From Acidobacteriota bacterium (lineage in GTDB: Bacteria; Actinomycetota; Acidimicrobiia; ATN3), in the NCBI GenBank assembly GCA_003577105.1, contig QEUQ01000006.1:14286-78285 (forward strand): 64,000 nt of DNA. Reading direction: 5' to 3'. Below, one piece after another: positions 57,734 to 64,000 of this stretch (positions are counted from its first letter, which is position 1; the number at the start of each line of letters is the position of its first letter). Below the pieces are notes generated by a model. It was not told the origin of the DNA and ran no database searches. It was given only the letters and a program-made list of their open reading frames with translations. The translations under genes were made by a program, and so were the position numbers.

Positions 57734-58831
57734 CTACTTCCGGCGCCTCTTCGAATGATCACGCGAGTTCTTCTTCTGCGAGTGCTGGGCTCGCTTAGCT
57801 TTCTTCGAGCCTTCTAGAGCCCGCTTCCAATCCTTTTGAAGCTCCTTCAGCCACGAACTCGCCTCAGCCTCAAGGTCATCGGCCTCATCTTCCCCGACGA
57901 GATCGATGAGTTCATCGCGGCTTTGATCGTCGGCGCCCTCGGCAACCATTCGCAGGGCTGCCGCGAGTGTCCATTCGTCTTCGACAAGAAGGGGCGAGTC
58001 GCGAAGCGCCGTGCCGAGCATTTGGCCGGCCCTGTCGATCTCGCCTGCAGCTGCAAGCATTGCAGCCAGCTCTACCCAGTTGGAGTCGGGTATATCGCAT
58101 GACCGCCTGAAATCCGATGCAGCCTGCTTTAGCTCGCGCAACTCACCCTTGGCAAATGCGAGATTGCATCTCTCGAAGGCGACTTCTGCGGGATCGGCAC
58201 CCGAGAGCGCTGCCTCGTCGAGCCATGCCTCGGCCTCATCGAGTGAGTCCTCAGCGATCGCTATGCCAGCCATCTCGGCGGCCATTGCTGCCACTCCGTG
58301 GCGGCGCATTGCGTGTTCTACCCACCACCTGGCAAGGAAGGTGTCTCCTCGCGAATCCCGATCGAGCAGCGCCCCGACAAGTTGCCTTCGGTTGTGCGAA
58401 TCATCGGGGTCCACCGCAACGGCCTTCCACAGGATCTCGATGACGCTGTCGCTGTCGTCGGCGCCCAGTGCCTCCTCCAGCTCAGACGTCAACCGGGCGA
58501 GCTCGCGGCGCCTGCGCATCTTGCCGAGCGCTCCTGCGTAGCGACTTGGATCGGGCGTCTCGGGCGCGATGTCCTCGAGCAATTCGAAGAGGGCATCCTC
58601 GGCGTCGTCAAGACGGTCTGCCGGCACTCGCACACGGATCAGCTCATGACTTGACCGCCCCTCAAGGCCAACGCGGGTCTGAATGCCTGCCTCCTCTAGG
58701 GCGTCTTGCATGGCGTCGGCGCGCTTGGGCGTCAAGTACCGGCCGACTGCCGTCCATGAAGACTCTGGACTTTGCTCGGCTTCCTGCTCGTCGTCGTCAA
58801 GATCGTCGTCGCGGGAGTCGTCCCTGCTCAA
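57734..58831 (-). CDS. Hypothetical protein with helical (TPR-like) repeats
   Basis: AAAGGA RBS; acidic N-terminus, small alpha/beta domain, helical repeats, basic C-terminus. Confidence 0.7.
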   Translation of the reverse strand: MSRDDSRDDDLDDDEQEAEQSPESSWTAVGRYLTPKRADAMQDALEEAGIQTRVGLEGRSSHELIRVRVPADRLDDAEDALFELLEDIAPETPDPSRYAGALGKMRRRRELARLTSELEEALGADDSDSVIEILWKAVAVDPDDSHNRRQLVGALLDRDSRGDTFLARWWVEHAMRRHGVAAMAAEMAGIAIAEDSLDEAEAWLDEAALSGADPAEVAFERCNLAFAKGELRELKQAASDFRRSCDIPDSNWVELAAMLAAAGEIDRAGQMLGTALRDSPLLVEDEWTLAAALRMVAEGADDQSRDELIDLVGEDEADDLEAEASSWLKELQKDWKRALEGSKKAKRAQHSQKKNSRDHSKRRRK

Positions 58832-58967
58832 AATGGTCCTTTCTGGTCATCAGTCATTCGCGAGGCATGTGCCTAACATGTTGGCAAGCACCCGCCAAGT
58901 GCGTCGGCAACGGAAGAACCTAGCACCGCCTCCAATAGTGTCACAGGGGGATGACAGAATTAGCAGC

Positions 58968-59819
58968 GTGATGAAGAGTTTCATTGCCAATTTCCGGGGT
59001 TTTCGAGTTCGTCGTAGACGCGGCCGTCCATGTGAGGCCGGTGCACGGGGTGGGGCTAGCGCGCGAGCTGGGGTCGGTGCACGGGGTGGGGCCGGTGCGC
59101 GAGCTGGGGCCGGTGCACGGGGTGGGATCGGCGCGCGAGCCGGGGCCGGTGCGCGGGGTGGGGTCGGTGCGCCAGGCAGCGCCAGTGTGCGAAGCAGAGC
59201 TGGCATACGAGCTGCCGCGTTCCTAGCCGCACTTGCCGCATCCGGCGCCCTTTATGCCTGCGCGCCCGTAGAAGACGCGAATGATCAATCGCAAAGCGGC
59301 CGGCCTAGTGCCTCTTCAAGTCCACGACCTTCTGCTTCCGCGACAGCCCGAGGCCCATCGGCAAGCGCGAACTCACCTGCCCAGAGCGCAACTTCGGGAG
59401 ATAACAGCGAACGCGAACAGCGAGTGGTCGTCAAGGTCATTGACGGTGACACCATCGACGTCGCGAGGCCCGGTGAAACCGCAAAGGAAAGAATCCGCCT
59501 GATCGGGGTGGACACCCCTGAGACGAAAGACCCCCGCAAACCCGTTCAGTGCTTCGGCAAAGAGGCTTCGGAGTTCACTTCCCGCCTGATCGGCAGGACT
59601 GTCTGGCTCGAATACGACGTCGAACGCAAGGATCGTTACGGCAGGACTCTCGCACACGTCTTCCTCGACGACGGCGCATTCTTCAACTTGATACTTGCAG
59701 AGGAAGGCTACGCACAGCCCCTGACGATTCCTCCAAATGTCCGATACGCAGATAGGTTCGTCGAGGGAGCCCGCAAAGCACGCGAAGAGGGGCGGGGGCT
59801 CTGGAGCAGCTGCGGTTGA
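58968..59819 (+). CDS. Thermonuclease (SNase) family lipoprotein
   Basis: VIDGDT, RLIGVDTPE, DRYGRTLA, RGLW; LYAC lipobox; start uncertain (58968/58971 or GTG 59187). Confidence 0.88.
   Translation: MMKSFIANFRGFRVRRRRGRPCEAGARGGASARAGVGARGGAGARAGAGARGGIGARAGAGARGGVGAPGSASVRSRAGIRAAAFLAALAASGALYACAPVEDANDQSQSGRPSASSSPRPSASATARGPSASANSPAQSATSGDNSEREQRVVVKVIDGDTIDVARPGETAKERIRLIGVDTPETKDPRKPVQCFGKEASEFTSRLIGRTVWLEYDVERKDRYGRTLAHVFLDDGAFFNLILAEEGYAQPLTIPPNVRYADRFVEGARKAREEGRGLWSSCG
59037..59172 (+). repeat. G-rich 18-bp minisatellite (~7.5 units, alternating A/B types)
   Basis: GCCGGTGCACGGGGTGGG alternating with GCCGGTGCGCGAGCTGGG variants. Confidence 0.92.
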
Positions 59820-59853
59820 CGGCAGTGGGGAGTAAGTCGCTCTAGCGGTCATG

Positions 59854-59887
59854 TTGCGACTGATATCACTTGCGACTGATATCACTT
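59854..59887. repeat. Perfect 16-bp tandem duplication TTGCGACTGATATCAC x2
   Basis: Copies at 59854-59869 and 59870-59885, followed by TT. Confidence 0.92.
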
Positions 59888-60098
59888 CAGCTCCTGCAGG
59901 CACCTCGGATGCGAACCGAGCGCATGAGACCTAGATCTGAATTCAAGAACCGAACCGAGTGCCGGTCGAGTTCGCAAGATCGAGGTCCGAATCTGTGAGC
60001 TGAATCGGGCTCTCAAGGTCGAAATCTGGAATTCGAGAGCGAACTAGACCTCTCAAAGTTTGACTTGGCCGGCAAAGCGCCCTAGGGTCTCTTGACTT

Positions 60099-61337
60099 GT
60101 GGAACTGAGACGAACCCCGTCCCAGCGCAGGCTGCCTGTGATTCTCGCAGGCGTCTTCATGCTCCTCCTTCTTCCCGTCGGAAGCGCAAACGCGGCCGGA
60201 AGCGGAGGCTTTTCGGTGACCCCACCCGGCGTCCGGCCTGCGCCTGCCAACACATCCAAGAAATCTGGCAGCCAGCAATCAAGTTCCCCCAGCAAGCTGA
60301 GCGACAACCAGAAGAAGCAGGCAGCCAAGGAAGCTGAGCTCTCCGCCGCAAAGCAGACAGATCTTGAACTCGAGGCAAGCCTCAAAGCGCTCGACACACA
60401 GCTTGGGGAATCCGAGCAGAAACTCGTTGCAGCACGGGCCCGGTCAGAAAAGGCCGATAGCGACGTTGCCGACGTCAAGGAGTCCATAAGCCAGTCGCAG
60501 GCCGAGGTAGAAAAGCACACCACCTCGGTGAATGCCAGTGCAGTCGATATCTACAAGCACCCCGACCGTGGAAGCGTCGACGCAATTCTTGGATCTGAGA
60601 ACATTTCTGATGCAGGCAGACGCGTGGGCATGGTCAATCGGGTAATAGAGGCAGACCAGAGCCAGCTCCGGAGGTTGTCGGCACTCAAACAAGACCTGAA
60701 AGAAGATGAGGACCGACTGGTAGCGGCACAGGAAGAGGCCAGGTCCGCGAAGGAAGCACAGGAGCACGAGCAAGAACGCCTCGAGACGCTCAAAGTGAAG
60801 CAAGAGGCAACCCTCAAGGCCAACGAGGCTCGAATTCGTCAGCTCCAGTCCGAGGTAGATGCCCTAGAGAAGGAAGAGGCTGCAATTCAGGCGACTCTCG
60901 CTCGCTCCGGCGCGGCCACTCCAGGAGCAGGCCCGCAAGGAAACGTCAATGTCCGCGGCAATGGCAAGTTCGGCTGGCCCGTTGGCGGCCCTGTCACATC
61001 CGAGTTCGGACAGAGGTGCCTAGGCGGCAGCTGCCGTATGCACAACGGGATCGACATCAGTGCCCCCACCGGAACCCGAGTCGGGGCTGCAGGGTCCGGC
61101 ACCGTCATTTCGGCTGGTTCACAGGGCGGCTACGGCAACACGGTCATCATCAATCATGGAGATGGCTACGCCACTCTCTACGGGCATCTCTCATCCATCT
61201 CAGTGACATCCGGCCAATCTGTTGGCAGGGGGACGATCGTCGGCACGGTCGGCAGTACCGGACATTCGACCGGTCCGCATCTGCACTTTGAGGTCCGGGT
61301 CGGCGGATCGGCGCAGAATCCACGCCTATACCTCTGA
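60099..61337 (+). CDS. Secreted coiled-coil M23 peptidoglycan peptidase
   Basis: Signal peptide (ANA), long coiled coil, HNGID, GYGN, YGHL, STGPHLHFEV. Confidence 0.94.
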   Translation: MELRRTPSQRRLPVILAGVFMLLLLPVGSANAAGSGGFSVTPPGVRPAPANTSKKSGSQQSSSPSKLSDNQKKQAAKEAELSAAKQTDLELEASLKALDTQLGESEQKLVAARARSEKADSDVADVKESISQSQAEVEKHTTSVNASAVDIYKHPDRGSVDAILGSENISDAGRRVGMVNRVIEADQSQLRRLSALKQDLKEDEDRLVAAQEEARSAKEAQEHEQERLETLKVKQEATLKANEARIRQLQSEVDALEKEEAAIQATLARSGAATPGAGPQGNVNVRGNGKFGWPVGGPVTSEFGQRCLGGSCRMHNGIDISAPTGTRVGAAGSGTVISAGSQGGYGNTVIINHGDGYATLYGHLSSISVTSGQSVGRGTIVGTVGSTGHSTGPHLHFEVRVGGSAQNPRLYL

Positions 61338-61413
61338 ACATCTGGATTCAAGAGACAAGCACTCGCTGATCGGCTTGTGACGGCCGGCCCCGGGGTGGAG
61401 CCGGCCTTGAAGA

Positions 61414-63333
61414 TCAGCTGATTCCGTACGCGAGAGCCACGGTGCCGCCGTCGGCGTCAGAGCGCCAGAAGTAGAGAGGCTTCTCTACAGCGATCTCCTT
61501 GTCGGAACTGATCACCACACTCAAGCGCTTGGCATCGCCAGCCAGCGTGTTCACCTTGAATGTGCCCCGACTATTTGCGGGAACCGTACCGTTGCGCACC
61601 ATCACCTGACCGGCCTCGTCGAGGAAGCGGAATGTCACCTTTGCCTCGCCGCTGTTGCTGTTGGCAACAGTCAGCCAAGTATCGGTGTAGGCCCTCGTAT
61701 CGAGGTCTGGTACGAACGCGTGGCGGTACTTCAACGTGGCACCTGGCGCGTCATGCCCGCCGGTCCAGCCGTTGTAGCTGAAGTACATCGGTCGCTCGAC
61801 AACAACTGGCTTGTTTGAGCTCACATTCGCTGAGAGGCTCTTGTTCGGAACCTTGGAGTTGACAAGGCGGGTGAAGCGCGCTTGACCAGCAACCTCGAAG
61901 GTCTCAGATACCGGAGCGCCATCGTCAAGCAGGTACTTGAGTGTGACCGTCGCTGCCGATGAGCCAGGATTTTGAATGGTGATCCACTCATCGAATCCCG
62001 GTCCCGTATAGCCCTCGGCGAAATCGAAATTGGTGCCGGGCGAGGTAACTCCCGCTCCAACGTGGCCACCCTTGTAAGACCCGCTGCCATTCCTTGGGCT
62101 ATAGGTGAAATACATGGGCCGCTCGACAAGTACTGGGACCCCGCTGGTGCTCTCGACTCTTGTCGAAACATCGCTGCCAGGAACGTCATTGTTGACGTTG
62201 ATCGTGATACGCCTGTTGGCGCCCACCGAATACCCCTCTTTGACGACTGTCGCGCCACCCGGCTTCATGTACGTAACTTTCAGCGGGGCAGCCGACGAGT
62301 TGGGGTTGATTACGGTGATCCAGGTGTCAAAACCGGGTCCGGTATAACCCTCTGCCAGGTAGAAGTCCGTGGCAAGTTCGGTCTTGCCTACAAGCGCCGA
62401 GCCGCCGTCAATTGAGCCCTTGTACCTAAAGACCATCGATCGCTCAGCTACCACTGGTGAATTTGCTGTGACTTTGGCGCCAATTTCCTTGTCATCGCCT
62501 ACCACGTCGCGAGCATCCACTGTGACTCGGCTCATTGGGCCGACGGTGAGATTCTTGGTCACCGATGAACCCTGAAGATAGAAGGTCACAACAACCTCGG
62601 CATTCGTCTCACGCGGATTCATGATCGTGTAGTCGGTGTCGAACTCCGGCCCTGTGAAGCCTTCTGCGAAATACCAGGTGTTATTGGGGACTGCACCTTC
62701 GCCGGGCCCGGCCACAACTGGAGATTCCGAGACCGGGGCCGTGCCGGGAAATCCAAGATTCGGGTTCGCGATATTGAAGAAGTCAAGTGTCACCCACATG
62801 CGCCCGTCGGCTCCGTAGACGACGCCAATTCCCACGTAGTTGTAGGTGGCGCTCATCAGGGTTTCGCAGTGCGATTTTGAGGTCAGAAATGAAGTTCCGT
62901 TGTCGCTGCTCGACAGGGGTGACAGTGGGCACGGCGGGACTGGCGACGGTATCGGATTGCAGCTGCGCTGCCCGCATTGAATCCGCTGAATAGCTGCATC
63001 ACCGGAGAGCGGCTTTGTCGTGTAACCGATGTTTTGAGCAGCGTTTTGCCAAATCTGAGGAACTCGCTCCCAGTCTGCGCTGTGGGCGAAGTTGCCGGTC
63101 TGGGCCATGTTGAATGAGTGCTGCCGCGCCACCTGAATCGCAGGTAGCCAGAGCTTAAGTGGTGGCAGGCCTGCGGCGACTCTCTGCTGGTTTGTGTATT
63201 GGAGCAAGCGCTCTTCATCTACCGCAGGGTCGAACGCGTGCGCCGGCTTCGTTGCCATTGCGAGCGTTGCGAGGATCGTGATCGCAGCTGTCGTGACGAT
63301 AATTCGGACTACGTGTCGGGTAATGCTTGTCAT
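61414..63333 (-). CDS. Secreted CAP (SCP)-domain protein with four C-terminal beta-rich repeats
   Basis: Signal peptide (AHA), NQQRVAAGLPPL...HSFNM...FAHS...QNIG...SKSHCETLM...YVGIG; repeats WYFAEGYTG.FD...NP...VERPMYF. Confidence 0.85.
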   Translation of the reverse strand: MTSITRHVVRIIVTTAAITILATLAMATKPAHAFDPAVDEERLLQYTNQQRVAAGLPPLKLWLPAIQVARQHSFNMAQTGNFAHSADWERVPQIWQNAAQNIGYTTKPLSGDAAIQRIQCGQRSCNPIPSPVPPCPLSPLSSSDNGTSFLTSKSHCETLMSATYNYVGIGVVYGADGRMWVTLDFFNIANPNLGFPGTAPVSESPVVAGPGEGAVPNNTWYFAEGFTGPEFDTDYTIMNPRETNAEVVVTFYLQGSSVTKNLTVGPMSRVTVDARDVVGDDKEIGAKVTANSPVVAERSMVFRYKGSIDGGSALVGKTELATDFYLAEGYTGPGFDTWITVINPNSSAAPLKVTYMKPGGATVVKEGYSVGANRRITINVNNDVPGSDVSTRVESTSGVPVLVERPMYFTYSPRNGSGSYKGGHVGAGVTSPGTNFDFAEGYTGPGFDEWITIQNPGSSAATVTLKYLLDDGAPVSETFEVAGQARFTRLVNSKVPNKSLSANVSSNKPVVVERPMYFSYNGWTGGHDAPGATLKYRHAFVPDLDTRAYTDTWLTVANSNSGEAKVTFRFLDEAGQVMVRNGTVPANSRGTFKVNTLAGDAKRLSVVISSDKEIAVEKPLYFWRSDADGGTVALAYGIS

Positions 63334-63393
63334 AGGACCTTGTCTCCCCAGCGGAGCTCTCGACTATTGGTACTGGCTGCGATCCTGAAGTAA

Positions 63394-63421
63394 CTATCGG
63401 CAAATCTTGGGACACGACTTA
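63394..63421 (-). promoter_or_regulatory. Candidate WhiG/sigma28-type promoter
   Basis: Minus strand TAAG-N16-GCCGATAG about 60 nt upstream of the CAP gene start. Confidence 0.55.
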
Positions 63422-63607
63422 AGTACCGGGTACCACAAGGACCTTCGTAACTGTTGCGATAGCGGCTTTCCCAGCTTAGCGCGGGTGCGCGGCAGCCAAT
63501 TCCGGCCAACAAAGACGTATGCTACAAAGCTGTGGCAGTGACTCAACAAGGGTACTTAAGCTCAGTAACTAGTTACATGTACCAGAGGTGGGAGCCGTGA
63601 TTGCACC

Positions 63608-64000
63608 GTGAGTGACAGATTGAAGTTGTCCGTGCTGGGCGGCGGCAAGATGGGTGAGGCTTTCATCGCCGGCCTCATAGCTGCGGCGGCTGCCGGCGAG
63701 TTGGAGAGTGCTAGATCGGCGGTTGCTGAGTCGGACATTGCGAGCCCAGCGAGGAGAGCGGGCGGATCGGTGACGGTCGGCAAGTCCGACATACGCGTAG
63801 CCGAGGTCGATCCGGACCGGCGGGAATACCTCGAGACACAATTCGGTATCGCGACGACCCCTAGAGCAGACGAAGCGGCAAGCGGTGCCTCGGCGATCCT
63901 CCTAGCCGTCAAGCCAGGAGATGTGCCCGAGTGCCTCGAAACATGCCGCGATGCCTTGGATCCAAGCACCTTGGTGATCTCTATTGCCGCGGGCATCAGG
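63608..64000 (+). CDS. proC: Pyrroline-5-carboxylate reductase (partial, runs off right edge)
   Basis: Manual translation: VSDRLKLSVLGGGKMGEAF...ILLAVKP...LVISIAAGI. Confidence 0.92.
   Translation, partial: MSDRLKLSVLGGGKMGEAFIAGLIAAAAAGELESARSAVAESDIASPARRAGGSVTVGKSDIRVAEVDPDRREYLETQFGIATTPRADEAASGASAILLAVKPGDVPECLETCRDALDPSTLVISIAAGIR

Noticed and set aside
59037-59172. CRISPR array
   Set aside because: Units are contiguous 18-mers without unique spacers; no cas genes in the window
59890-60098. c-di-AMP (ydaO) riboswitch expected before a cell-wall hydrolase
   Set aside because: Conserved GAATCC...GGAAC.GGGG...CCCGTCAGCTAAC elements are not seen

Overview
A 64 kb, high-GC chromosomal window from an actinomycete. 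Acidimicrobiia-like affiliation is inferred from gene content (mshA, RsiG-like, HbhA-like, sodN/sodX, rex-hem operon). No mobile elements, CRISPR, rRNA or tRNA were found. Left half (1-29 kb): a respiratory/heme block. Leftward: nuoA-I preceded by a geranylgeranyl-reductase-family gene, a tethered monoheme cytochrome c, a cbb3-type CcoN-CcoO fusion, and System II cytochrome c maturation genes (resABC). Divergent from these: small membrane protein, 2[4Fe-4S] ferredoxin, split b6-type cytochrome b + subunit IV, Rieske protein, diheme cytochrome c, membrane protein. Then rex-sirC-hemA-hemC-cobA/hemD-(two ferritin-like genes)-hemB-hemL. Right half: SDR, acyl-CoA ligase, hydrolase, a glycosyltransferase-methyltransferase-AsnB module coupled to mrpA-G, NiSOD, bcp, RsiG-like, XRE + HbhA-like, mshA cluster, ECF/anti-sigma/Fur/metal ABC cluster, secreted nuclease, M23 peptidase, CAP-repeat protein and partial proC. 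Most notable: (1) the CcoN domain has lost all six metal-ligating histidines yet is intact and fused to an intact CcoO; (2) the adjacent cytochrome c and the bc-complex subunit IV share an identical 16-aa N-terminal peptide encoded by synonymously diverged codons, suggesting an undescribed Rex-controlled respiratory supercomplex built on a pseudo-oxidase; (3) a candidate unannotated structured small RNA with its own promoter at ~51.65-51.77 kb; (4) an RsiG homolog plus a WhiG/sigma28-like promoter. All family calls are from motif recognition by eye; no searches were run.
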